A DNA stretch of 64,000 nt, taken from positions 4,320,001 to 4,384,000 of the forward strand of contig JASGHG010000001.1 in assembly GCA_047602425.1 (NCBI GenBank), in the 5' to 3' direction. Within the stretch, counting starts at the first letter, position 1. Every line of letters begins with the position of its first letter. The translations under genes were made by a program, and so were the position numbers. Shown here one piece after another: positions 1-8,887 of the stretch. The notes under the pieces were generated by a model. The model was given only the letters and a program-made list of their open reading frames with translations, was not told the origin of the DNA and made no database searches. Source of the stretch: Nibricoccus sp. (lineage in GTDB: Bacteria > Verrucomicrobiota > Verrucomicrobiia > Opitutales > Opitutaceae).

Positions 1-377
1 AGGTTTTCCTGCCAGTTATCGAGCATCAGGCGCTCGGGCGCGACGTAGAGCAAACGCCATTCGCCGCGATGAAGACCGGCCAGGCGAGAACGCGCTTCAG
101 CGGCGCCAAGGGTGGAATTGAGAAAAGTGGCGGCGATGCCGGCGGCCTGAAGTTGGTCAACTTGATCCTTCATCAACGCGATGAGCGGCGAGACGACGAT
201 GGTCAGGCCCGTGCGATGGAGCGCGGGAATCTGGAAACAGAGCGATTTGCCGCCACCGGTCGGCAGAAGAGCGAAGACATCGCGTCCGGCAAGGCTGGCC
301 TCAATGATTTCGCGTTGAAGCGGGCGAAAAGCCGAATAACCGAAAGTGGTTTTGAGCGTGTGGAGAAGATCGGGCAC
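1..377 (-). CDS. recQ: DNA helicase RecQ, 5' part (continues off the window start)
   Basis: Manual translation from GTG at 377: MPDLLHTLKTTFGYSAFRPLQREII...LPTGGGKSLCFQIPAL...VVSPLIALMKDQVDQL (RecQ motifs 0, I, Ia). Not in the ORF track. Confidence 0.93.
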   Translation of the reverse strand, partial: MPDLLHTLKTTFGYSAFRPLQREIIEASLAGRDVFALLPTGGGKSLCFQIPALHRTGLTIVVSPLIALMKDQVDQLQAAGIAATFLNSTLGAAEARSRLAGLHRGEWRLLYVAPERLMLDNWQEN

Positions 378-447
378 GAGTTGAGAAAATCCGCCAAGTT
401 GAGGCAGCGTCAGATAAACGCGGCCACAGGACAAGGACCACGCCGGT

Positions 448-1395
448 TTAGGGTTTGTCGGCGAGCTGGCAAGGTCCGAACGCTTTTGTCCAGATACCGA
501 GGCTGTGATCGATGTTGCGCTTCACGCCGCGCAACGCGGCGGAGGGCGGTGTTTGGCGAAGGCCGGCGAGATAGAGAAGGATCGCCGGAAGAGACATGAA
601 GTCGCGATAGGATTCATGCCGAACATGATGCTTGCACCAAGCCGGAGCGCCGAGGGCGATGAGCTCTTTTTCCCAGCGGAGGGTGAACAGGTAGGAATTG
701 CGCTCGTCGTTTTGTTTGCGGCCGGGGGAGGAACTGACGTGGTGGCGGATGACGCTGCGCAGGGCGACGGCATTGTTGTAGCCGGCGCGGCGGGCGCGGA
801 AGCAGAGATCGATGTCCTCCGCGCCATTGTGGAATTGTTCGTCGAAACCGCCAAGCTGTTGCCAGAGTGAGCGCGAAATGAGCAGGCAGGCGCCGGTGAC
901 GGCGGGCGAAAGGCGGTGACAGGAGCACACGCCGCTGCAAGAACCGCCGCAGGGCGCGGAAGAAGTGTCGTGCTCGGGTTTGCCTTTGACGGTGACGTAA
1001 ATGCCGGCGTGATCCACGGCACCAGTGGCGGCGTTGAGCTGGACATTGCCGATGGCGCCCGGTTTTGGCAGCGAGGCGTGGAGTGCAAGCATGGGCTCCA
1101 GCCAGCCGGGAGTCAGCACAAGGTCGTTGTTGAGAAGGACGAGAAGGTCGCCGGTGGCGGTGGCGACGGCGCGGTTGTTGGTGGCGGCGTAGCCGAGATT
1201 GCGATCGTTGAGCAGGGCGCGGAGTGCGGGGTCGTTCAGCGAAGCGAGCCACTCACGCGTACCGTCGGTACTGACGTCGTCGATCAGGATGATTTCATGA
1301 TCGAGATTGGCGGGCAGGGTGGCTTGCAGGCTTTTCAACATGGCCTGCGTGAGCGGCAGGCAGTTGTAGAGCGGAACGATGAAGGAGAGGCGCAA
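448..1395 (-). CDS. GT2 family glycosyltransferase (rhamnosyltransferase-like)
   Basis: SFIVPLYN, IDDVSTDGT, NLGYA..NN, LLNND, VTGACLL, GGFDE.F..EDIDLC motifs; downstream of rfbA. Confidence 0.88.
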   Translation of the reverse strand: MRLSFIVPLYNCLPLTQAMLKSLQATLPANLDHEIILIDDVSTDGTREWLASLNDPALRALLNDRNLGYAATNNRAVATATGDLLVLLNNDLVLTPGWLEPMLALHASLPKPGAIGNVQLNAATGAVDHAGIYVTVKGKPEHDTSSAPCGGSCSGVCSCHRLSPAVTGACLLISRSLWQQLGGFDEQFHNGAEDIDLCFRARRAGYNNAVALRSVIRHHVSSSPGRKQNDERNSYLFTLRWEKELIALGAPAWCKHHVRHESYRDFMSLPAILLYLAGLRQTPPSAALRGVKRNIDHSLGIWTKAFGPCQLADKP

Positions 1396-1405
1396 GGGAC
1401 GATTA

Positions 1406-1505
1406 GGTTATGGGTCATGGGTTATGGGTTATGGGTGTGTGTGGCAACCCATCACCTATTTCCAATTTCCGACTGCCCATTACCCCTGACCTATGACCAA
1501 TAACC
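1406..1505. repeat. Inverted pair of heptamer tandem arrays (GGTYATG x5 / NATNACC-like x8) with no gene between them
   Basis: 1406-1440 GGTTATG GGTCATG GGTTATG GGTTATG GGTGTGT; 1450-1505 CATCACC TATTTCC AATTTCC GACTGCC CATTACC CCTGACC TATGACC AATAACC. Confidence 0.85.
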
Positions 1506-1512
1506 TTCCTCT

Positions 1513-2406
1513 TCAGGTTAGTTTTTTCAGATATTCGCCGTAGGTGGACTTGCCGAGGAATTTGATCTGAGCGTCGAGTTTAGCGCGATCGACCCAGCCC
1601 TGGCGATAGGCGATTTCTTCCAAACAGGCGATTTTGAGTCCCTGGCGATTTTGGATGACCTCGACGAATTGCGCGGCGTCGAGCAGCGAGTCATGCGTGC
1701 CGGTATCGAGCCAAGCGGTGCCGCGGCCGAGGATTTCGACCTGGAGCTTTCCAGCTTCGAGATAGAGGCGGTTGAGATCGGTGATTTCGAGTTCGCCGCG
1801 TTTCGACGGCTTGAGCGAACGGGCCATGGCGACGACGTCCTTGTCGTAGTAATAGAGACCCGGGACCGCGTAGTTGGATTTTGGATTCGCGGGTTTTTCT
1901 TCGAGCGACAGCACGCGTCCGTCGGAAGCGAATTCGACCACGCCGTAAGCTTTCGCATCGGCCACATGATAGCCGAAGATGGTGGCGCCGCTGGTGCGGT
2001 CGGTCGCGTTTTTCAGCGAGTCGACGAAATCGTGACCGTAGAAAAGGTTATCGCCGAGGACGAGGGCGGAAGGTTCGTTTCCGGTCAGAAAACCCACGTC
2101 GCCCGCGATGGTGAACGCCTGAGCGAGGCCGTCGGGACTGGGTTGTTCGGCAAAGGAAAGCTTCAGGCCGAACTGAGATCCATCGCCAAGAAGGCGTTTG
2201 AACAAAGGCAGATCGGTCGGGGTGGAGATGACGAGGATCTCGCGGATGCCCGAAAGCATCAAAACCGAGAGGGGATAATAGATCATCGGCTTGTCATAAA
2301 CCGGCATGATCTGCTTGGAGACCGCGATGGTCAGGGGGTAAAGACGGGTTCCGGAGCCGCCGGCGAGGATAATACCCCGGCGGAGAGGTGATGGGTTATG
2401 GGTCAT
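1513..2406 (-). CDS. rfbA: Glucose-1-phosphate thymidylyltransferase
   Basis: [50 protein letters not shown]. Confidence 0.97.
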   Translation of the reverse strand: MTHNPSPLRRGIILAGGSGTRLYPLTIAVSKQIMPVYDKPMIYYPLSVLMLSGIREILVISTPTDLPLFKRLLGDGSQFGLKLSFAEQPSPDGLAQAFTIAGDVGFLTGNEPSALVLGDNLFYGHDFVDSLKNATDRTSGATIFGYHVADAKAYGVVEFASDGRVLSLEEKPANPKSNYAVPGLYYYDKDVVAMARSLKPSKRGELEITDLNRLYLEAGKLQVEILGRGTAWLDTGTHDSLLDAAQFVEVIQNRQGLKIACLEEIAYRQGWVDRAKLDAQIKFLGKSTYGEYLKKLT

Positions 2407-2438
2407 GGGTGATGGGTCGTCGGAGGTGATTGGTTACA
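2387..2438. repeat. Heptamer tandem array downstream of the four-helix-bundle gene, containing the rfbA start codon
   Basis: GGTGATG GGTTATG GGTCATG GGTGATG GGTCGTC (gga) GGTGATT GGTTACA. Confidence 0.85.
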
Positions 2439-2445
2439 AGGTGGG

Positions 2446-2829
2446 TCAGGATGTGGATTGCACCTGATTTTGCTGTGAACGTGCTTTAATGAGAGCGCCA
2501 AGCATGCGACCGATCTCCGCACACTTTGCTTCAAGGACTTGATAGTCTTGTTTAGAAACCAAACTCACAGTTTGGGCGATTTCTAATTGGGTTCGAAGCT
2601 CGGCTAGTGACCCTTTGGCAATATAGAGAAAACGAACTGAATCTTTGTTAGTGTCACGCTCGTCACCTTCAGCGATATTTGATGGAATGCTTATCGCAGA
2701 ACGACGGATTTGATCGCGCAGGCCAAAATCCTTCGAGAGCGAGCCTGAGGACGAAAGCTGGTAAATGTGAACAGCGAGATCTTTGGCGTTTTGCCAGACC
2801 TTGAGTTCACGGAAACCTTGTTCGCCCAT
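2446..2829 (-). CDS. Four helix bundle protein (23S rRNA IVS-protein / Avd-like family)
   Basis: FRELKVWQ.A, FGLRDQIRRSAISIPSNIAEG.ER, FLYIAKGSLAELRTQL. ATG at 2829 lies inside a repeat unit. Confidence 0.93.
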   Translation of the reverse strand: MGEQGFRELKVWQNAKDLAVHIYQLSSSGSLSKDFGLRDQIRRSAISIPSNIAEGDERDTNKDSVRFLYIAKGSLAELRTQLEIAQTVSLVSKQDYQVLEAKCAEIGRMLGALIKARSQQNQVQSTS

Positions 2830-2854
2830 AACCAATGACCTATGACCAATAACC
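2827..2854. repeat. Heptamer tandem array upstream of the four-helix-bundle gene (inverted relative to 2387-2438)
   Basis: CATAACC AATGACC TATGACC AATAACC. Confidence 0.85.
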
Positions 2855-2857
2855 TGA

Positions 2858-3925
2858 CTACGCCTTCGTGCCGAGGCGTTCGCGGGCGTATTTTTTGGAA
2901 GTGATGTCCGCTGCCCAGGTTTTATTTTTCAGATACCAGTCGACGGTTTTTTCGATGCCGGTGGTGAAACTTTCCTTGGGTTTCCAACCGAGTTCTTTTT
3001 GGAGTTTGTCGCAATTGATCGCGTAACGGCGGTCGTGGCCGGGGCGGTCGGCGACGTAGGTGATTTGTTCGGCGTAGGTTTTGCCGTCGGCGCGCGGGGA
3101 CTTTTTGTCGAGGAGGGCGCAAATCGTCTTAACGATCTCGATGTTCGGTTTTTCGTTGAGCCCGCCGATATTATAGGTCTCACCGACGCGGCCTTTTTGA
3201 AGAACCAGCCAGATTGCAGCGGCGTGGTCTTCGACATAGAGCCAGTCGCGAATCTGCATGCCGTCGCCGTAGACCGGAAGACTTTTCCCTTCGAGGGCAT
3301 TGAGGATCATCAATGGAATGAGCTTCTCGGGGAAGTGGAACGGGCCGTAATTGTTGGAGCAATTGGTCGTCAGCGTCGGAAATTTGTAGGTGTGCTGATA
3401 GGCGCGGACGAGGTGATCGCTGGCGGCTTTCGAGGCGGCGTAAGGGCTGTTGGGCGCGAAGGGCGTTTCCTCGGTGAAGGCCGGGTCGGTGAGCGAAAGC
3501 GTGCCGTAGACTTCGTCGGTCGAAACGTGGAGAAAACGGAACGCGGCTTTCTTTGGTTCTGGCAGCTTGGTCCAGTAGAGTCGCGCGGCGTTGATGAGGC
3601 GCAGGGTGCCGACGACGTTGGTTTGAATGAATGGTTCGGGCGAATCGATCGAGCGGTCGACGTGAGACTCGGCGGCGAAGTTCACGACGGCATCGATCTG
3701 GTGCTCGGCGAGCAGTTGGGCAACCAGGTTGCTATCGCCAATGTCACCGTGAATGAAAACGTAACGCGAATCCCCGGCGAAGTCGGTGAGGTTGGCGGGG
3801 TTGCCCGCGTAGGTGAGCGCGTCGAGATTGACGAGCCTTTTGAGAGGGGAATTGGCCTCGGTGAGGCGTTGGCGGACGAAATTGGAGCCGATAAAACCGC
3901 AGCCGCCGGTGACGAGGATATTCAT
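2858..3925 (-). CDS. rfbB: dTDP-glucose 4,6-dehydratase
   Basis: [57 protein letters not shown]. Confidence 0.97.
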   Translation of the reverse strand: MNILVTGGCGFIGSNFVRQRLTEANSPLKRLVNLDALTYAGNPANLTDFAGDSRYVFIHGDIGDSNLVAQLLAEHQIDAVVNFAAESHVDRSIDSPEPFIQTNVVGTLRLINAARLYWTKLPEPKKAAFRFLHVSTDEVYGTLSLTDPAFTEETPFAPNSPYAASKAASDHLVRAYQHTYKFPTLTTNCSNNYGPFHFPEKLIPLMILNALEGKSLPVYGDGMQIRDWLYVEDHAAAIWLVLQKGRVGETYNIGGLNEKPNIEIVKTICALLDKKSPRADGKTYAEQITYVADRPGHDRRYAINCDKLQKELGWKPKESFTTGIEKTVDWYLKNKTWAADITSKKYARERLGTKA

Positions 3926-3944
3926 GGTTGGAGCTAAAGAGAAG

Positions 3945-4814
3945 TTAGGCTTTGATCCAGTTTTTCAACGCCTGTTCCACGGAGGCGTGAACTTCGGTCA
4001 TCTGAATGCCGGCTTTGGCCAGCTTGGCGGACGACATCACACAGTTGGACCGGGGAGTTTTGGCGGCCAGCTTCATGAATTCCTCTTCGCTGGGGAAAAA
4101 CTCGTATTTCTTCGGATGCACACCGCTCTTTTCAATCATGGCGACGACCTCGCGCGTGGTCACGTGGCCAGGATTGGTGACGTTGTATTTGCCAAAGGGA
4201 ATACGTTTTTCCCAGCACGCGAAAGTGGCGGCGACGAACTCGTGGAGTTGCGAAATGGAATTGGCGGCTTCGAGGAGTTTGGCATAGCGCATCAACTTCG
4301 TGAGATAGTTGCGCGGATTATCGATGTTATCGAAGGGAATGCGAAGACGCCAGATGTAGCAATTGGGAGCGTCGGCGAGGACTTCTTCGCCGAGGGCTTT
4401 GGTGCCGCTGTAGAACGAACAATTGTTTTGGCGGAAGGTGAAGTTCGGAGCGTCCTCCTCGGTGAAGCCGGTGCCATCGGCGCGGGCGCCGGTGTAGATA
4501 CAACCGGAAGAAACGTGGCCCCATGGCACGCCCGCTTCGGCGCAGGCTTTGGCGACGATGCCGGGAAGGACGGCGTTGCCGAAAAGGCATTCCGCTTTGT
4601 GGACTTCGCAAGCATCGACATTGGGTTTGCCGGTGTAGCCGGCGGAGTTGATCAGAAACTCGGGCTTGTCGCGCTTGAGCTCGGCGGCAAGGACGTCGGC
4701 GTTCGTATAATCAACGTCGGCGCGACGAAGATTGCGAAAGGCGATGCCCTTTTTCTTAAGCAACGCTTGATATGCTTGGCCGACGTAACCGGAGCCACCG
4801 AGGAGATAGATCAT
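3945..4814 (-). CDS. RmlD-like NDP-4-keto-6-deoxyglucose reductase, NRS/ER-type (putative bifunctional 3,5-epimerase/4-reductase)
   Basis: GGSGYVG Rossmann motif; [49 protein letters not shown]. Confidence 0.8.
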   Translation of the reverse strand: MIYLLGGSGYVGQAYQALLKKKGIAFRNLRRADVDYTNADVLAAELKRDKPEFLINSAGYTGKPNVDACEVHKAECLFGNAVLPGIVAKACAEAGVPWGHVSSGCIYTGARADGTGFTEEDAPNFTFRQNNCSFYSGTKALGEEVLADAPNCYIWRLRIPFDNIDNPRNYLTKLMRYAKLLEAANSISQLHEFVAATFACWEKRIPFGKYNVTNPGHVTTREVVAMIEKSGVHPKKYEFFPSEEEFMKLAAKTPRSNCVMSSAKLAKAGIQMTEVHASVEQALKNWIKA

Positions 4815-4926
4815 AGGAAAAGAGTCAGGAAAAACCTCCTCCTACGCCCCAACAAGCCAAATATAGGCGATTAGGCTTCAATCAGGGAATCCCTCAGCTC
4901 CTCCGCCGAAACGAGAACTCTAAAAA

Positions 4927-5011
4927 TGGTGCCCAAGGGGGGACTCGAACCCCCATGCGGTTAGGCACAGGCTTCTGAGACCTGCGTGTCTACCAATTCC
5001 ACCACCTGGGC
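4927..5011 (-). tRNA. tRNA-Leu (CAG)
   Basis: Reverse complement GCCCAGGTGGTGGAATTGGTAGACACGCAGGT-CTCAGAA-GCCTGTG...GGTTCGAGTCCCCCCTTGGGCACCA; long variable arm; CCA end. Confidence 0.96.
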
Positions 5012-5109
5012 AATCTGCGGGAGTGCAGAAAACACACACGCTTCCGACGTGGCGCAAGCAAAGAATTTAGGAATACGGACCTTTGCCGCACCGACCTGAC
5101 AACGAAGGC

Positions 5110-5739
5110 TTACTTCTTGTCCTCCGCCTTCATATGGCGGTGAACGAAAAAATAATATACCACGCCCAAAACCACAAATGCCGCCACGGCCCATAGCGTG
5201 ATGCGATGGAGTTCGCCTTTCATGAGCGCTTCGTCCTGTCCGGCCTTGATGCCCAGCCACGCCAGGACGCCGCACCAAAGGCCAGAGCCAAGCAGCGTGT
5301 AAAGTGAGTAGCGACCGAAGGGTAGGCGGACGATGCCAGCCGGGATGCCGATCAAATGCCTTACGACGGGGAGCAATCGCGAAAAAAACACGCCGAAGGA
5401 ACCAAATTTAGCCGCCCAGCGTTCGGCCTTTTCGATTTTCTCAGCGGGAATGAAGAGATATTTTCCGTAACGCATGGCGAGCGGGCGTCCAGCGAGTCGA
5501 GATCCCCAGTACATGACCGCCGCACCGACCCAAGAGCCAATTGTACCGGCTATGATAACACCCCAGACGGACATCGTGCCTTTCGTATAAGCAAGGTGGG
5601 CGGCTGGCGGAATAATCACCTCGCTGGGCAACGGGATGAACGTGCTTTCCATCGCCATGAGCAGGCCTACAAGCCAATAACCACCTTGTTCCAGTTTATC
5701 GGCGTACCATTGAAGAATCTGGGCGAGGTAGGCTTTCAT
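5110..5739 (-). CDS. DedA family membrane protein
   Basis: MESTFIPLPSEVI, GTIGSWVGA..MYW, FFSRLLPVVRHLIGIPAG. Confidence 0.92.
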   Translation of the reverse strand: MKAYLAQILQWYADKLEQGGYWLVGLLMAMESTFIPLPSEVIIPPAAHLAYTKGTMSVWGVIIAGTIGSWVGAAVMYWGSRLAGRPLAMRYGKYLFIPAEKIEKAERWAAKFGSFGVFFSRLLPVVRHLIGIPAGIVRLPFGRYSLYTLLGSGLWCGVLAWLGIKAGQDEALMKGELHRITLWAVAAFVVLGVVYYFFVHRHMKAEDKK

Positions 5740-5773
5740 CGGAATATGCGAATGCTCGGGATGACTTAAAAAT

Positions 5774-5807
5774 AAAAAAGGCAGGCAGATAGTGCTGCCT
5801 GCCTTTT
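5774..5807. terminator. Intrinsic terminator (bidirectional-looking) after the small basic protein gene
   Basis: AAAAGGCAGGCAG-atagtg-CTGCCTGCCTTTT. Confidence 0.8.
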
Positions 5808-5824
5808 ACGGAAAGCTTTGTGGC

Positions 5825-5980
5825 TTAGACGTCGGGCTTGGTCTTGCGGAGGCCCTGAACGCGGTCGCCGGCTTTCCACTGGCCACGCTTTTTGAGCAAA
5901 TCGACGCGTTCGAAACGCTTCAGTACGTTGCGCTTAATGACGATACCACTGGAACCTTGGAGACTTTTGTGCTGTGACAT
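5825..5980 (-). CDS. Small basic protein (PVC superphylum signature protein), 51 aa
   Basis: Manual translation MSQHKSLQGSSGIVIKRNVLKRFERVDLLKKRGQWKAGDRVQGLRKTKPDV; pattern H.SL...RNVLKR.ER....W.....GL.K. Below the ORF-track size cutoff. Confidence 0.88.
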   Translation of the reverse strand: MSQHKSLQGSSGIVIKRNVLKRFERVDLLKKRGQWKAGDRVQGLRKTKPDV

Positions 5981-6008
5981 GACGTTTTAGAAAAGTGATT
6001 GTGACGTG

Positions 6009-6332
6009 TTAAAGAGGCGCAGACGTACAGTTCGCGCGGGCCCATGACAAGTATTTTTCTGCAACATCTTCACTCCGCACCACCAACCATTCAGGCGTGT
6101 CGTATGGATGGTGCTGTTCCAACCACGCTTTTACCGCGCCCGCACGCGCGGGCAGAAACTTAACCGTCAACCGATATTCTTCGGCGGTTTCAGCCTGACC
6201 TTGCCAGATGTAGTGCGAGAAAATTGGCCCATCAATTTGCACGCAAGCGGCCAGCCGAGCAGCGACAAGACCCTGAGCGAGGCGGCCAGCGTCTTCACGA
6301 TTGCCAACAGTTGTCCAACCAACGAGGAGCAT
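6009..6332 (-). CDS. cutA: Divalent-cation tolerance protein CutA
   Basis: LVAARLAACVQI, S.YIWQG, EE, HPYDTPE. Confidence 0.92.
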   Translation of the reverse strand: MLLVGWTTVGNREDAGRLAQGLVAARLAACVQIDGPIFSHYIWQGQAETAEEYRLTVKFLPARAGAVKAWLEQHHPYDTPEWLVVRSEDVAEKYLSWARANCTSAPL

Positions 6333-6444
6333 GTGGCACCGTCGGCCAGATGACTGCGCGAGGCAAGTTGAGAAATATTGCCCTTGACGGGGAGGGGCTT
6401 AACCTTTGCCCTTCACCTTTTCACCAAAGACAAACGCCCAGCCC

Positions 6445-6654
6445 ATGCGCGACGACTATATCAAAGAAGCACAGAAAGTGATTCCGGACTCGAACCTACT
6501 GATCAACGTGGTCTCCCGCCGTGTTAAGCAGCTGCGTCGTGGCAGCCGCGCGCTGGTAGAATCGCTTGAAAAACTTTCCCCCGAAGACATCGCTCTGCGC
6601 GAAATCATCGAGGGCAAGATCAGCTTCGAGATCGGCGAGGACGTCATCAAATAA
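6445..6654 (+). CDS. rpoZ: RNA polymerase omega subunit
   Basis: LINVVSRRVKQL...IALREIIEGKI; ATG at 6445. Confidence 0.85.
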   Translation: MRDDYIKEAQKVIPDSNLLINVVSRRVKQLRRGSRALVESLEKLSPEDIALREIIEGKISFEIGEDVIK

Positions 6655-6727
6655 GGCCGTTTTCGGCGGCGGGTGATTTTCAGTCCAGCTTCGCGCTGAC
6701 CGGGCGCTGCGTCGCCTGACCACAACC

Positions 6728-7210
6728 ATGTCCGCACAAAAAAAAGACCCGGCTCGCTACACGGAGATTCGCAACAGCAAAGCGCTGCGCGACTACTTCG
6801 TGGAGGAAAAGTTCGAAGCGGGCATTGCGCTGAAAGGCACGGAGGTAAAATCCATCCGTGCAGGCAAGGCGCAGATCACCGATGCCTTCGGTCGTTTCGA
6901 AAAAGGCGAGCTGTGGCTGCACAACGCTCACATCGAGGAATACGCATTTGGCAACATCTACAACCACGACAAACGCCGCACCCGCAAATTGCTTCTTCAC
7001 AGCCACCAGATTCGCAAGATCGCGCAAGCGCTGCAAATCGGAGGCCGTGCGCTCATCCCTTTGCGCCTTTATTTTAAAGATGCGCTCGTGAAAGTCGAAG
7101 TCGCGCTTTGCAGCGGCAAAAAACTCTACGACAAACGCGAGGACCTGAAGAAAAGAGTCACCGATCGCGAAATCGACAAGGCGATGAAAGATCGGCGGAA
7201 GTCGAGCTGA
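6728..7210 (+). CDS. smpB: SsrA-binding protein
   Basis: N.KA..DY, EAGIALKGTEVKSIR, RTRKLLLH, GKKLYDKRE. Confidence 0.97.
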   Translation: MSAQKKDPARYTEIRNSKALRDYFVEEKFEAGIALKGTEVKSIRAGKAQITDAFGRFEKGELWLHNAHIEEYAFGNIYNHDKRRTRKLLLHSHQIRKIAQALQIGGRALIPLRLYFKDALVKVEVALCSGKKLYDKREDLKKRVTDREIDKAMKDRRKSS

Positions 7211-7217
7211 GGATCGG

Positions 7218-7314
7218 CTCGTTCCTCTTTCTCTCTTTATCTTTCTCCCTTTGGTTTCGGTTAAAAACGGGTGTGGAAGAGCGAGGAAATATAAAGAGAA
7301 CGAATAAAGATAGA
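7218..7314. repeat. Inverted pyrimidine/purine hexamer-like arrays (CTCTTT.../...AAAGAG), gene-less
   Basis: CTCGTTCCTCTTTCTCTCTTTATCTTTCTCCCTT ... GGAAGAGCGAGGAAATATAAAGAGAACGAATAAAGATAGA between smpB and thrH. Confidence 0.6.
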
Positions 7315-7368
7315 CCGCAGGTGCTCCATTCGCTCGACAGCGGCGAAAAACTTTCAACACTCCGCCGC

Positions 7369-7974
7369 GTGAAACAGACGATCGTTACCCTCGACATGGA
7401 AGGCGTGCTCACGCCGGAAATCTGGATTGCCGTGGCTGAAAAGACCGGCATCCCCGAGCTGCGACGCACCACCCGTGACGAACCGGATTACGACAAGCTG
7501 ATGAACGGCCGTCTCGTGCTGCTCGACAAGCACGGCCTGAAACTTTCCGACATTCAAAAGGTCATCGCCTCCCTGCCACTGCTGCCGGGCGCGCGCGAAT
7601 TTCTCGACGAACTCCGTTCGCTCACACAGGTCCTGATTTTGTCCGATACGTTTGAGCAATTTGCCGCGCCCTTGATGCGACAATTGGGCATGCCGACTCT
7701 TTTGTGCCATCGACTGGTTGTGGAAAACGACCGTATCACGGGCTACAAAATTCGTATCCCGGAACAGAAACAAAAAGCCGTCGCGGCCTTCAAGCTGATG
7801 AATTACCGGGTGATTGCCGCGGGCGATTCATTCAACGACACCGCGATGCTGGGCGAGGCCGATGTGGGATTTTTATTCCACGCGCCGCTGAACATCACAC
7901 AGCAGTTTCCGCATTTCCGCGCGCTCGACACCTATCGCGACCTGCTCGACGCGATCAAGGCTCAGTTGACCTGA
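7369..7974 (+). CDS. thrH: Phosphoserine phosphatase / homoserine phosphotransferase (HAD family)
   Basis: LDMEGVLTPEIW, TTRDEPDYD.LM, ILSDTF, AAGDSFND..ML; GTG start at 7369. Confidence 0.93.
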   Translation: MKQTIVTLDMEGVLTPEIWIAVAEKTGIPELRRTTRDEPDYDKLMNGRLVLLDKHGLKLSDIQKVIASLPLLPGAREFLDELRSLTQVLILSDTFEQFAAPLMRQLGMPTLLCHRLVVENDRITGYKIRIPEQKQKAVAAFKLMNYRVIAAGDSFNDTAMLGEADVGFLFHAPLNITQQFPHFRALDTYRDLLDAIKAQLT

Positions 7975-8005
7975 GATTGACGGTGCCCTAGACGTGGTGT
8001 TGGGA

Positions 8006-8887
8006 ATGGAAACCAATATCAAAAGCAGAAATAAAATCTGGATTTTCGGGTTGGTGGTGCTGCTGTTGGTTGGCGTTTTTCTGATCCGGGAACTGCAAAA
8101 CGCACGCGATGAAGAAGCTCTGGTGACGAAACAAATTGCGGAGTTGCGCGAGCGAATGGAGAGAGCCACGGCTGTCGTTGCAGGGCAGGCCGATGAGACT
8201 GATACAGTTACTCAGGTACAAAAGCCAGCTGCTAACCGTGCTAACCGGGTCGAGGGAGACGTCTCACATGGCAAAGACCCTGGGTTGGTTATGCTGGCGG
8301 ATCCGGAACTCAGGAAGGCGTACATGGTGGGACAGTACGTTTCGATCGATAAAATGTACGCAGATTTTTTTCAGCGACTCCATTCCACTGGAGGCGACGT
8401 TCGGCGTCTGCGTGAGCTGATAGCGGAGAAGTGGGTTCGGCGCCGAGAAATTTGGGAAGACATCAAGGCACGTGGTTTCGAAGATTCGGCTCAACTCGAT
8501 GTGATGCGCGCAGAGGCTACTGCGGACGTATTGCAGGAGATCGATCAGGTTCTTGGGCCGGAAAACGCGGCAGCATTCCGGCACTACGAAGAAACGGATG
8601 CTCACCGCGGGCATCTCAAAGATCTGAGGGAACTTCTGGCGAATGGACCGTCGGCGCTCGACGATTCGCAGGTGGAGCGCCTGGTGGAATTGTGGTCGAG
8701 TACTGCGAAACCCCTTCATCCGAATCTACGGTACACGGTTCCCGACTCGATGGTGGTCGAGGCCAGTCACTTCCTCACGCGGGCGCAAATGGAAGCGTTG
8801 AGCAAATTTAAGGCCAGCCAACAGGCCAAAGCGGAATACATCGCTCTGAAGCTAGGTGAGGCGCGGTTTAGGAACGGATCCAAATGA
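8006..8887 (+). CDS. Hypothetical membrane-anchored helical protein (paralog 1)
   Basis: N-terminal TM, coiled coil, helical C-terminal region similar to the next gene. Confidence 0.7.
   Translation: METNIKSRNKIWIFGLVVLLLVGVFLIRELQNARDEEALVTKQIAELRERMERATAVVAGQADETDTVTQVQKPAANRANRVEGDVSHGKDPGLVMLADPELRKAYMVGQYVSIDKMYADFFQRLHSTGGDVRRLRELIAEKWVRRREIWEDIKARGFEDSAQLDVMRAEATADVLQEIDQVLGPENAAAFRHYEETDAHRGHLKDLRELLANGPSALDDSQVERLVELWSSTAKPLHPNLRYTVPDSMVVEASHFLTRAQMEALSKFKASQQAKAEYIALKLGEARFRNGSK

Noticed and set aside
69..599. 176-aa plus-strand ORF
   Set aside because: Antisense shadow of recQ and the GT2 gene end; no motifs.
1406..2854. CRISPR or DGR interpretation of the repeats and Avd-like gene
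   Set aside because: Units are 7-bp tandem repeats without spacers; no cas genes, reverse transcriptase or TR/VR pair is visible.
5792..5977. 61-aa plus-strand ORF
   Set aside because: Antisense to the small basic protein gene and runs through its terminator.
7108..7368. 87-aa N-terminal extension of ThrH in the ORF track
   Set aside because: Overlaps smpB and the repeat tract; homology starts at GTG 7369.
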